Source of the DNA: Eubacteriales bacterium
GTDB taxonomy: Bacteria > Bacillota > Clostridia > Oscillospirales > Oscillospiraceae
DNA: 64,000 bases
Direction: 5' to 3'
NCBI GenBank assembly: GCA_030529655.1
Contig: JAUMWJ010000001.1
Span: 1,465 to 65,464 of the forward strand
This document shows, piece after piece, positions 8,877 to 17,210 of the stretch; the first letter of the stretch is position 1, and every line of letters starts with the position of its first letter. The position numbers were made by a program, and so were the translations under genes. The notes under the pieces were generated by a model, which searched no databases, was not told the DNA's origin, and saw only the letters and a program-made list of their open reading frames with translations.

Positions 8877-10664
8877 TTATGCTGTAAGAGGTCGTGTTGC
8901 TTCATACAGCCAGTCCTTTTCCTCTGGGGTGAGGTAGGGAGAAAGAGCGTCATAGACAGCAGCATGATACGTATTGAGCAGCAGCAGCTCCCGCTCGGTC
9001 ATTTGCGTGGGATCGATGGCGCTGCGGTCAAAAGGCACCATCGTCAGCGCGTCAAATGCCATAAATTGACCGCAGTCCGTCCTTTCTGCCTTGCGACAAA
9101 GCAACAAGTTCTCCAAACGGATCCCGTAGTGATTTTCCAAATAAACGCCCGGCTCATCGGAAAGAACCATGCCCTCGGACAATACGGCGCCGCCGTTACG
9201 CTGGCGCAGATGGATGCTTTGCGGTCCTTCGTGAACATTGAGCAGGTATCCCACGCCGTGTCCTGTGCCGTGGTTGTAGTCCAACCCCAGCTCCCACAGG
9301 GGCGAACGGGCCAGATAGTCCAGATTCGCGCCCGTACAGCCGTGCTTGAAATAGGCGGCTGCCAGCGACAGATGACCCCGCAATACGGCGGTGTAATGGG
9401 TTTTCTGCTCTCGGGTCAGCGACCCAATGGCAACGGTACGGGTCACATCGGTGGTGCCTTGCCAATACTGACCGCCGGTGTCCATCAGGAGAAAACTGTT
9501 GTTTTCCAAGGCACAGTTAGACTCTGCCGTCGGCTCGTAGTGAACAATAGCGCCGTGTGCGCCGGAAGCGATAATCGGTGCAAAGCTCTGCCCCAGGTAA
9601 TCGGGACAGGCAGCGCGCAGTCGTTCCAGTTGATCTGCAATTTCCAACTCTGTAGTACACAGCGGCTGCGAGCGCAGCCAGTACAGCAGTTTGGTGAGTG
9701 CCACGCCGTCATACACATGACAAAGCCGCATATTTTCCTGCTCACTGGGCGTTTTTTGCGCCTTAAAAAGCGTCGTGGGATTGGTGCGTACAATGGGTAT
9801 TACACTTTCCGGCAGGGCATGGCACAGCGCCACATTGACCGCGTCCTCGTCTAACAGCACACGACTGCCATCGGACAGGGAAGTCAGATCCTCATAAATC
9901 TGCTCATAGGGTTTTACGGTGATACCGTCATCGTGTAAAGTGGCGGTCAACGCAGCACCCACCGCTTCCGGTGCAGCGTAGAGAATTGTTTTGTCCGGTG
10001 TCAGCAGCGTATGGGACATAAATACGGGGTTATAGAGCACATCGCCGCCACGGAGATTATATAGCCACGCAATGTCGTCCAAAGAGGACAGCAAATGGCA
10101 ATCAGCGCCCACCTCATCCATGGCACGGCGCAAATCAGCCAGCTTCTCACGACGGGTTTTGCCGGTGTAAACAGTGGGCAGCTCCCAGATAGGCGCAGCA
10201 GGGAAGGGCGGCCGATCCGACCACAGCTCACCCACCAGATCAACAGTTTCCTCATAGCGAATTTGTAATTTGCACAGAGCTTTTTTCAACTGCTTCGCAT
10301 AATCGGCACGCACTGTTCTGCCGTCGTAACCCAGGCACTGGCCGGACTTGAGGGTGGCTTGGAGATAGGTGGGGATCGCCGCATCCTCACCCATTTTATG
10401 AAGCGTAATGCCACTGCCGCGAAGCTGTTGGGCTGCTTGTAAAAAATAGCGTCCGTCTGTCCACAAACCTGCCTCGTCCGCCGTGATCACCAGTGTGCCG
10501 GCGCTGCCCGTAAAGCCGGAGAGATAGGCGCGGCACTTGAAATAGTCCCCTACATATTCCGAGGCGTGGTAGTCCTCGGACAGCACCAGATAAGCGTCGA
10601 TACCGCGTGAGCGCATGAGCTGTCGCAGCACCGTTATACGGCTTTGATACCTGTTTTCCTGCAT
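8877..10664 (-). CDS. pepP: Xaa-Pro aminopeptidase (aminopeptidase P, M24B)
   Basis: Creatinase-like N-domains plus M24 pita-bread C-domain (HGTGHGVG, SDEPG). ATG at 10664 preferred over the TTG of the ORF track. Confidence 0.8.
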   Translation of the reverse strand: MQENRYQSRITVLRQLMRSRGIDAYLVLSEDYHASEYVGDYFKCRAYLSGFTGSAGTLVITADEAGLWTDGRYFLQAAQQLRGSGITLHKMGEDAAIPTYLQATLKSGQCLGYDGRTVRADYAKQLKKALCKLQIRYEETVDLVGELWSDRPPFPAAPIWELPTVYTGKTRREKLADLRRAMDEVGADCHLLSSLDDIAWLYNLRGGDVLYNPVFMSHTLLTPDKTILYAAPEAVGAALTATLHDDGITVKPYEQIYEDLTSLSDGSRVLLDEDAVNVALCHALPESVIPIVRTNPTTLFKAQKTPSEQENMRLCHVYDGVALTKLLYWLRSQPLCTTELEIADQLERLRAACPDYLGQSFAPIIASGAHGAIVHYEPTAESNCALENNSFLLMDTGGQYWQGTTDVTRTVAIGSLTREQKTHYTAVLRGHLSLAAAYFKHGCTGANLDYLARSPLWELGLDYNHGTGHGVGYLLNVHEGPQSIHLRQRNGGAVLSEGMVLSDEPGVYLENHYGIRLENLLLCRKAERTDCGQFMAFDALTMVPFDRSAIDPTQMTERELLLLNTYHAAVYDALSPYLTPEEKDWLYEATRPLTA

Positions 10665-10681
10665 AAATAAGCCCTTTCTTA

Positions 10682-11185
10682 TCAAAAATGAAACTGTTGC
10701 CGCAAAAGCATAGGCAGTTGATCCCGATTTTCCAAAGTTACTTCCACCACTGTCACCGCCTCATGTGCGGCAATTTGCCCAAGGAAGGGGCTGTCTGCCT
10801 GCTGCAGAACGCCCAATATAGGCGTATCACCGTCCAAAGCGGCAATAACCGCTTGCTGAAAAGCGTGGGCGTTGGCTTCCGTGGGGCCTAATTCGTCCAT
10901 CAGTAAGAGCTGTGCTTCCTGATTTTGTGACAATGCGGCACAGCCCAGCGTGTCAAAATGCGCTGCCGTGTCATTCGATGGCTCACCGCAGAGAAACAGT
11001 AAATTTTCCGCTGTGGGCCGTTCATTGGGCCGCAGCATATGGACGGAAAAGCGCGGTGCATAGACGCTGTCGGTACGCACGGTGCGAAAACCGCCAAGCA
11101 GGCAGGGCTGTGTGGCGAGCAGGCGGTTGATCACCGTGGATTTACCGACCTGTTTCGCTCCGGTCAGAAAAAGATGGCGTTTCAT
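10682..11185 (-). CDS. P-loop NTPase (THEP1/NTPase_1-like)
   Basis: Walker A GAKQVGKST and Walker B LLLMDELG. Start at MKRHLFLTG. Confidence 0.6.
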   Translation of the reverse strand: MKRHLFLTGAKQVGKSTVINRLLATQPCLLGGFRTVRTDSVYAPRFSVHMLRPNERPTAENLLFLCGEPSNDTAAHFDTLGCAALSQNQEAQLLLMDELGPTEANAHAFQQAVIAALDGDTPILGVLQQADSPFLGQIAAHEAVTVVEVTLENRDQLPMLLRQQFHF

Positions 11186-11286
11186 GGTGTGATCCTCGTT
11201 CATTAGTATGGCCATAGTATATCACAAGGAAAATGGATTGAAAATAGCGGCATAGAAATTCGGTGGCAGGATATACTAAGGAATTT

Positions 11287-11340
11287 GGCTCCTTTTGTGA
11301 CATATCTCTGCATAATTTGCTGCAAAAGGAGCCGTTTTTG
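11287..11340 (+). terminator. Orphan terminator-like hairpin upstream of the kup leader promoter
   Basis: GGCTCCTTTT ... AAAAGGAGCC 10-bp stem with a 27-nt loop, followed by GTTTTTGTT. Confidence 0.3.
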
Positions 11341-11359
11341 TTCAAAAAGAGGAAAACAC

Positions 11360-11388
11360 TTGACATTCCGTCGGTTGTCTGATAGCAT
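11360..11388 (+). promoter_or_regulatory. Candidate promoter of the kup leader
   Basis: TTGACA-17 nt-TAGCAT. Confidence 0.5.
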
Positions 11389-11393
11389 AAATA

Positions 11394-11584
11394 GACGCTT
11401 AATGCCTTTTTATGGCAGCGGGAGACCCAATGAATGGGGTGAATCCGATGAACCCATCGGTAGGAGACCTTCTTCTCCGAACCCGACAGCTAATCTCGTC
11501 AGCGCAAGAGGGAAGTTCAGGGCGGAGCATCGTCCTTTATACTGCTTTTTTGCGCTGTGCCTTTGGCATGGCGCTTTGTTTTTG
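11394..11584 (+). promoter_or_regulatory. c-di-AMP riboswitch (ydaO/yuaA class) with terminator expression platform
   Basis: CGCTTAAT...AGCGGGAGACCCA...GGGGTGAATCC...CCGAACCCGACAGCTAATCTCGTCAGCG matches the ydaO core as I remember it. Terminator GCGCTGTGCC-TTT-GGCATGGCGC followed by a T-run at 11552-11584. Confidence 0.8.
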
Positions 11585-11645
11585 CAGATTTCCCGGCAGG
11601 AAGATGTTGTGCATCAAAAATTATGGAAGTAGAAAAGAGCAAGAA

Positions 11646-13637
11646 ATGAAGAACAAACAGAGATTTAGGTTTGGCCTGTTTTTAGTCACCATCGGTATTG
11701 TATACGGTGACATTGGCACTTCCCCTATGTATGTGATGAAATCCATGCTGGAGGGGAACGGCGGCATCAACCAGATCAATGATGAATTTATCATTGGCGC
11801 ATTATCGCTGGTCATCTGGACGATTACGCTGCTTACTACCATTAAGTATGTCATGATCGCCATGAAAGCGGATAACCACGGAGAGGGGGGTATCTTCTCT
11901 CTGTATTCGCTGGTTAAGGAGCAGGGACGCTGGCTGATCTTTCCTGCCATGCTGGGCGGTGCAGCGCTGTTGGCTGACGGTGTTTTGACCCCCGCGGTTA
12001 CTGTGACAACCGCGGTAGAAGGTCTGCGAAGCATCGAACCCATGGCGGAATTTCTGGGAAGCGGTCAGGTAAAGGTTGTGATCATTACGCTGGCGATCAT
12101 TACGGTGCTGTTTTCCCTGCAGCATACCGGCACCAGTAAGATCGGCCGTGCCTTTGGCCCCGTGATGCTGTTGTGGTTCTTGTTTTTGGGCGGAACGGGT
12201 CTGGTGCATATTGCGTCCATGCCGTGGATTTTGAAGGCGTTCAACCCCATCTATGCCGCAAAGATCCTTTTCAGCCCCTATAATAAGCAGGGCTTTATGA
12301 TCCTGGGAAGCGTATTCCTCGCCACCACCGGCGCAGAAGCGCTGTATTCCGATATGGGTCATGTAGGTCGGGAAAATATCTATTTCAGTTGGCCGTTTGT
12401 GAAGTGCTGCCTTATTTTCAACTACCTCGGTCAAGGCGCATGGATCATTGCCAATCAGAATAATGCCGACCTGTTCTCTGTTCAGGATATGAATCCGTTT
12501 TTCCTGATGCTGCCGGATGTGATGCGCCCCTTTGCGGTCATCCTCGGCGCGGCCGCGGCTGTTATCGCTTCGCAGGCGTTGATTACCGGCTCCTATACAT
12601 TGGTTTCTGAGGCGATCCACCTGGATCTGCTGCCCCATTTGGAGGTGCGTTATCCTTCGGAAACAAAGGGCCAGTTGTTCATCGAAAAGGTCAACACGAT
12701 CCTTTGGATTGGCTGCAGCATTGTGGTACTGTATTTTCGTTCCGGCGCAAAGATGGAGTCCGCCTACGGTCTGGCGATCACCATTACCATGCTGATGACC
12801 ACCCTGCTGATCAGTGTATACCTCCTGCGTATCCGAAACAGAAAGATACTGTCCGGTGCGGTTCTGGCGGTATTTGGTGTGTTGGAGGCGGTGTTCTTTA
12901 TATCCAGTCTCGGCAAGTTCACCCACGGCGGCTATGTCACCGTGATTCTCACGCTGATTCTTTTGTTCGTCATGGTGGTGTGGTATCGCGGAACACGGTT
13001 GGAGCGCCGCTTCAGCACACATTTGACGCTGTCGGACTATATTCCCAATCTGGAAAAGCTTCATAATGATTTGTCTGTCCCGCTTTTTTCCCACAACCTT
13101 GTGTATATGGATAAAGAAAGCGATTCCGGTCTTATTGACCGAGATGTTCTGTACTCTATTCTGGATAAAGACCCCAAGCGCGCACAGGCGTATTGGTTCG
13201 TCAGCGTCAATGTACTTAACGATCCGAATACGATGAACTATGAGGTGGAGACGTATGGTACCGACTTCATTTTCCGTGTGAAGCTGAATTTAGGATTCCA
13301 GCAGAGTCCGCGTATCAATCTCTACCTGCGTCAGATCGTGCAGGATTTGCAGCAAAGCGGCGAATTGCCGGCTCAGGAAAAGAAATACTCGATTTATGGG
13401 CCGTCATCGGTGGGCACTTTCAAATTTTGCATGATCCATAAGTCCGTTACAACGAAGAGCGAATTGTCCAGCCTTGATGAGCTGATCATGAACACGAAGT
13501 ACACCATCCGCCATGTGGCCGGCTCAAAGATACAATGGTACGGTCTGGATACGGCGAATATCATCACCGAAAAAGTGCCGCTGATCGTATCGGGCGGCGG
13601 CAGCACGCCGCGCATCCGGCGCATTACTAAGAAGTAA
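11646..13637 (+). CDS. kup: KUP-family potassium uptake transporter
   Basis: GDIGTSPMY hallmark. About 12 TM plus a cytoplasmic C-domain. Start moved to MKNKQRF because the track ORF runs through the riboswitch. Confidence 0.9.
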   Translation: MKNKQRFRFGLFLVTIGIVYGDIGTSPMYVMKSMLEGNGGINQINDEFIIGALSLVIWTITLLTTIKYVMIAMKADNHGEGGIFSLYSLVKEQGRWLIFPAMLGGAALLADGVLTPAVTVTTAVEGLRSIEPMAEFLGSGQVKVVIITLAIITVLFSLQHTGTSKIGRAFGPVMLLWFLFLGGTGLVHIASMPWILKAFNPIYAAKILFSPYNKQGFMILGSVFLATTGAEALYSDMGHVGRENIYFSWPFVKCCLIFNYLGQGAWIIANQNNADLFSVQDMNPFFLMLPDVMRPFAVILGAAAAVIASQALITGSYTLVSEAIHLDLLPHLEVRYPSETKGQLFIEKVNTILWIGCSIVVLYFRSGAKMESAYGLAITITMLMTTLLISVYLLRIRNRKILSGAVLAVFGVLEAVFFISSLGKFTHGGYVTVILTLILLFVMVVWYRGTRLERRFSTHLTLSDYIPNLEKLHNDLSVPLFSHNLVYMDKESDSGLIDRDVLYSILDKDPKRAQAYWFVSVNVLNDPNTMNYEVETYGTDFIFRVKLNLGFQQSPRINLYLRQIVQDLQQSGELPAQEKKYSIYGPSSVGTFKFCMIHKSVTTKSELSSLDELIMNTKYTIRHVAGSKIQWYGLDTANIITEKVPLIVSGGGSTPRIRRITKK

Positions 13638-13677
13638 TACCTGCCGGGCCGTTTCTTTGCGCTGTGGTAACGCTGAT

Positions 13678-13722
13678 CAAAGAGAAAAGCTGACGTAAAT
13701 TGCGTCAGCTTTTTCTCTTTGG
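13678..13722 (+). terminator. Intrinsic terminator after kup
   Basis: AGAGAAAAGCTGACG / CGTCAGCTTTTTCTCT long stem, T-rich on the 3' side. Confidence 0.8.
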
Positions 13723-13863
13723 CTAAGGGAGTCGGATATTGTCTTTGCGGTTTTCCCGCAGATAGAGGTCGTCCGTTAGTCACATCATAGGAGAGATAGG
13801 AAGCAATGTGCAGTAACTATGAAAGCTATTGATGGCGCGGTGAGTGAAAATCCTATTTCGATG

Positions 13864-13896
13864 AAAAAATCCTCGGAAACCGAAGTTTCCGAGGAT
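13864..13896 (-). terminator. Terminator of the tRNA operon
   Basis: Minus strand: ATCCTCGGAAAC / GTTTCCGAGGAT stem followed by T6. Confidence 0.8.
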
Positions 13897-13898
13897 TT

Positions 13899-13975
13899 TG
13901 GTGGAGACTGCTGGACTCGAACCAGTGACCTCCTGCGTGTGAAGCAGGCGCTCTAACCAGCTGAGCTAAGCCTCC
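13899..13975 (-). tRNA. tRNA-Val (anticodon CAC), CCA encoded
   Basis: 77-nt cloverleaf. Anticodon stem CCTGC/GCAGG, loop TTCACAC. Confidence 0.9.
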
Positions 13976-13977
13976 AT

Positions 13978-14052
13978 TGGTGACCCGTACGGGACTCGAA
14001 CCCATGTTACAGCCGTGAAAGGGCCGTGTCTTAACCACTTGACCAACGGGCC
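13978..14052 (-). tRNA. tRNA-Glu (anticodon UUC), CCA encoded
   Basis: 75 nt, GGCCCGTTGGTCAAGTGG... Anticodon loop CTTTCAC. Confidence 0.9.
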
Positions 14053-14076
14053 ATATGAACAAAAACCCTGTCGGGT

Positions 14077-14104
14077 ACCGGTGAGATGCAAGCATCTCAC
14101 CGGT
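14077..14104 (-). other. Perfect 12-13-bp hairpin between tRNA-Met and tRNA-Glu
   Basis: ACCGGTGAGATGC / GCATCTCACCGGT, starting 2 nt after the tRNA-Met CCA. Confidence 0.7.
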
Positions 14105-14106
14105 GC

Positions 14107-14183
14107 TGGTAGCGGCGACTGGATTCGAACCGGTGACACCGCGGGTATGAACCGCGTGCTCTAGCCAACTGAGCTACGCCGCC
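14107..14183 (-). tRNA. tRNA-Met (anticodon CAU; elongator-like), CCA encoded
   Basis: 77 nt, GGCGGCGTAGCTCAGTTGGCTAGAGC... Anticodon loop TTCATAC. A lysidine-Ile2 identity cannot be excluded from sequence alone. Confidence 0.85.
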
Positions 14184-14211
14184 ATGCAAATTACCTCGAC
14201 AGGCAAGTGAT

Positions 14212-14241
14212 AATATACCATATGATAACGCCACCTGTCAA
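14212..14241 (-). promoter_or_regulatory. Promoter of the tRNA Met-Glu-Val operon
   Basis: Minus strand: TTGACA-18 nt-TATATT with TGG (extended -10) just upstream. Confidence 0.6.
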
Positions 14242-14368
14242 CACTTTTTCTATAAATTTGCCAAGATTTTTTTGCGAAAAGCGCATGACAACATTTGATA
14301 CATCTTTTGCTTCCCTTTTTCCCTAAAAATTGTTATACTGATAAAAAACAGCAAGAGGAGACGATTCC

Positions 14369-15268
14369 ATGAAACGATATTGGATAGCGGCGCTGCTTGT
14401 TTTGGCGATGCTGATGGCTTTACTAAGCGGTTGCGGCGGAAAAAAGCAGAATGAATCGGACGAGGAGTCAACGATGCCTCAGGTGCAGACAGATCCCGAT
14501 ACGCTGGTGTGCACCAACGGAAACAAGACGCTGCGTTTTCATAAAGAGGACGGCAAATGGGTCTGGCTTGACGACACCGAATTTCCGCTGGATGAAAGCT
14601 ATGTGCAGGAATTGCTGGACACATTGCATGGACTGGAAGCTCTCGTGCCTATCGCATCAGCCGGAGAGCTTGCGGAATACGGACTGGAGTCGGTGAAGGC
14701 CTATGTGCTGCTGCGCGATCCGTCGGGAAGCGAAACCTGCTTTTATCTGGGTAAGGCCGCAGATGACGGGTATTATATGTATGACGGCACGGTGGAGCAC
14801 GGCATTTATATAGCCCCCACCACGCTGATGCAGCAGATCAGCCGCAGTATCTACGATATGGCGCTGTTGCCCACACTGCCTAAGCTGACCCTGAGCAACA
14901 TAACGGCAATGACCGTGACCGCCGGAGAAGTGGAGCAGCAGTTCACCGTAAAGGACGGCAAATGGTATCTGGATCAGGCGGATGTGACGGAGAAGATGAC
15001 TGCCGTGACGGACGCTTTGGGGCGGTTGGCGGTGGCTGGCTGTGTGGATTATCGACCGTCCTCCGGTGCCGCCGGCATTTGCGGCTTAACCAAAGATGCC
15101 GCCGTACTGACGGTCAGCTATCAAAGCAACATGGTGTTTTCGCTGACAATCGGCCTGCAGCGCAACGATCATGGCTACTATGCCACCGTCAACGAGGACA
15201 GCACGATCTATCTTCTGCCCACGGAGCTGGCACAGCCGCTGCTGTCGTTGGCAAAAGACGGACTGTAA
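14369..15268 (+). CDS. Lipoprotein, DUF4340-like
   Basis: Signal peptide with lipobox LLSGC. Repeated beta-rich modules. The family call is from memory. Confidence 0.6.
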   Translation: MKRYWIAALLVLAMLMALLSGCGGKKQNESDEESTMPQVQTDPDTLVCTNGNKTLRFHKEDGKWVWLDDTEFPLDESYVQELLDTLHGLEALVPIASAGELAEYGLESVKAYVLLRDPSGSETCFYLGKAADDGYYMYDGTVEHGIYIAPTTLMQQISRSIYDMALLPTLPKLTLSNITAMTVTAGEVEQQFTVKDGKWYLDQADVTEKMTAVTDALGRLAVAGCVDYRPSSGAAGICGLTKDAAVLTVSYQSNMVFSLTIGLQRNDHGYYATVNEDSTIYLLPTELAQPLLSLAKDGL

Positions 15269-15303
15269 TTCGATTTCGTTCCCTGTAAACCCCGCTGAAG
15301 CTA

Positions 15304-15332
15304 TTGCTTTCGGCGGGGTTTAGGTATAGAAT
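15304..15332 (+). promoter_or_regulatory. Candidate promoter of the TCS-hydrolase operon
   Basis: TTGCTT-17 nt-TAGAAT, overlapping a 10-bp hairpin (TAAACCCCGC/GCGGGGTTTA, 15286-15322) that has no T-run. Confidence 0.45.
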
Positions 15333-15363
15333 GGGGAAAAGTTGGGACAAAGGAGGGAACACC

Positions 15364-16041
15364 GTGCGACTGCTTATTGTGGAAGATGAAGTGCGCTTGG
15401 CTGCCACACTGGCAGACCTGCTTCGCCGCCACGGCTATACTGCCGATATCTGTCACAATGGCATTGACGGACGGGATAACGCCGCTTCCGGCATCTACGA
15501 TTTGGTGATTCTGGATGCCATGCTGCCGGGCATGGATGGGTTTTCTCTGCTGCGCCATCTGCGTGATAACGGCAGTACATTGCCTGTGTTGATGCTGACC
15601 GCTCGCAGCGATGTGGCAGACCGTGTGCGCGGTTTGGATTGCGGGGCGGATTATTATTTGACCAAGCCCTTTGAACCGGAGGAGTTGTTGGCGTGTATTC
15701 GTTCGTTGCTGCGCCGCAAGGGTGAGATCCGCAGCGAGGATACCGTCACTTTTGGGGATCTCTGCCTGGAGCAAGGCACCTTTATGCTTACCTGCGGTGA
15801 GCGTTCGGTGCGATTGAGCCGCAGAGAATATGACTTAATGGAGCTGCTGATACGCAACGGCAAGATGATTGTCACCAAGGAACAGATTCTTTTGAAGGTC
15901 TGGGGCTACGACTCAGACGCCGAGGATAATAATGTGGAGGTCTATGTGTCGTTTTTGCGCCGCAAGCTGAGTCATTTGCACTCGCAGGTGCAAATCAAGA
16001 CAATCCGCCTTGTGGGTTATTGCCTGGAGGTGACGGAATGA
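15364..16041 (+). CDS. OmpR-family response regulator
   Basis: VRLLIVEDE receiver start (GTG with AAAGGAGGG RBS). Winged-helix C-terminus. ATGA overlap with the kinase gene. Confidence 0.9.
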   Translation: MRLLIVEDEVRLAATLADLLRRHGYTADICHNGIDGRDNAASGIYDLVILDAMLPGMDGFSLLRHLRDNGSTLPVLMLTARSDVADRVRGLDCGADYYLTKPFEPEELLACIRSLLRRKGEIRSEDTVTFGDLCLEQGTFMLTCGERSVRLSRREYDLMELLIRNGKMIVTKEQILLKVWGYDSDAEDNNVEVYVSFLRRKLSHLHSQVQIKTIRLVGYCLEVTE

Positions 16042-17210
16042 GCGGAAAACTGCGCTGGAAAGTCGTGGGGCTGAATATGCTGTTTGTCACGGCGGTATTG
16101 CTGGCGATATTTATTGCCGTGGTATCCTCTGCCCGTATCAGTCTGCGGCAAAATACAGAATTGCAGCTTCGGCAGGCACTGGACGGCAGAATGGCGCAGG
16201 GCGGCTTACCCTGCTTTGTGGCGGAGGTGTTCCCCAGCGGTACGGCACATATTTCCGGCAGTGCGTATGATCGGTTGGACGAGGATACGCTGCGGAAGCT
16301 GGTGCAGGATTGCATGGCGCAAAGTGAGGATGCCGGCGTGCTGCCTGACTATCATCTGCGCTATCTCCGCACGGCAGGATTTGTCACCGTCCGCATTGCC
16401 TTTGCCGATAGCTCATTGGAGCAGGCCACTTTGCGGAATCTGATCATCACATCATTGCTGATCGGACTGGCGGCGTTGGCGGTGCTGTTTGGCTGCAGCT
16501 ATGTCCTGTCGGGATTTGTGACGCGACCGGTAGAAAAAGCGTGGCAGGAGCAACGCCGGTTTTTGTCCGATGCGTCCCATGAACTGAAAACGCCGCTGAC
16601 GGTGATTTTATCCTCAGCAGATCTGCTGGCGGAGAACGGAGAGAATGTGTATGTAGACAACATTCGTTCGGAATCCCGACGCATGAAGAAGCTGGTGGAG
16701 AGTATGCTGACCCTCTCCCGAGCTGATGATGGCCATCATATGACGCTTATGCCGCTGGATTGGTCGGATTTGCTGGCGGATACGGCACTGTTGTTTGAGC
16801 CGGTGGCATTCGAGGCCGGCCATGAGCTGCGCTATCGCATTGAAAAGGGAGTGCAAATAAACGGGAATGATGAAGCGCTGCGGCAGTTAGCTGGTATTCT
16901 ACTGGATAATGCCATCAAATACGCCGCAAGCGATACGCCCATATATTTGACCTTAGCCAAGCGGGACAAGCGCGCTGTGCTGACGGTGGAAAACAGCGGT
17001 GCGCCGATACCGCCGGAAAAGGCGGCTCGATTATTTGAACGGTTTTACCGTGCCGACGAATCCCGCAGCGGCGGTGATGGCTTTGGATTAGGTCTGTCTA
17101 TTGCACAGAGTATTGTGCAAGAACATAAAGGAACCATCCGCTGTGAGTGTGATGAACGCTCCACGCGGTTCATTGTGGATCTACCCCTGCAGAATGGAGG
17201 AACCCTCTGA
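16038..17210 (+). CDS. Sensor histidine kinase (2 TM, periplasmic-type loop)
   Basis: H-box SHELKTPL. N, G1 and G2 boxes (DNAIKY, GFGLGLSIA). Confidence 0.9.
   Translation: MSGKLRWKVVGLNMLFVTAVLLAIFIAVVSSARISLRQNTELQLRQALDGRMAQGGLPCFVAEVFPSGTAHISGSAYDRLDEDTLRKLVQDCMAQSEDAGVLPDYHLRYLRTAGFVTVRIAFADSSLEQATLRNLIITSLLIGLAALAVLFGCSYVLSGFVTRPVEKAWQEQRRFLSDASHELKTPLTVILSSADLLAENGENVYVDNIRSESRRMKKLVESMLTLSRADDGHHMTLMPLDWSDLLADTALLFEPVAFEAGHELRYRIEKGVQINGNDEALRQLAGILLDNAIKYAASDTPIYLTLAKRDKRAVLTVENSGAPIPPEKAARLFERFYRADESRSGGDGFGLGLSIAQSIVQEHKGTIRCECDERSTRFIVDLPLQNGGTL

Noticed and set aside
11412-11645. N-terminal 78-aa extension of the kup ORF in the track.
   Set aside because: It runs through the c-di-AMP riboswitch and its terminator. 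Conserved KUP sequence starts after MKNKQRF at 11646.
11802-13094. A 430-aa antisense ORF inside kup. Other long antisense or alternative-frame ORFs include 42598..43800, 44265..45341, 46162..47178, 37928..38869, 18344..19540 and 31052..31870.
   Set aside because: Their composition is Arg/His/Gln/Gly-rich junk, and they have no RBS. They overlap well-supported genes on the other strand or in another frame.
13853-14095. ORFs drawn across tRNA genes (13853..14095; also 63311..63508, 63357..63599 and 63496..63717).
   Set aside because: They overlap clear tRNA cloverleaves and terminators, so they are not coding.
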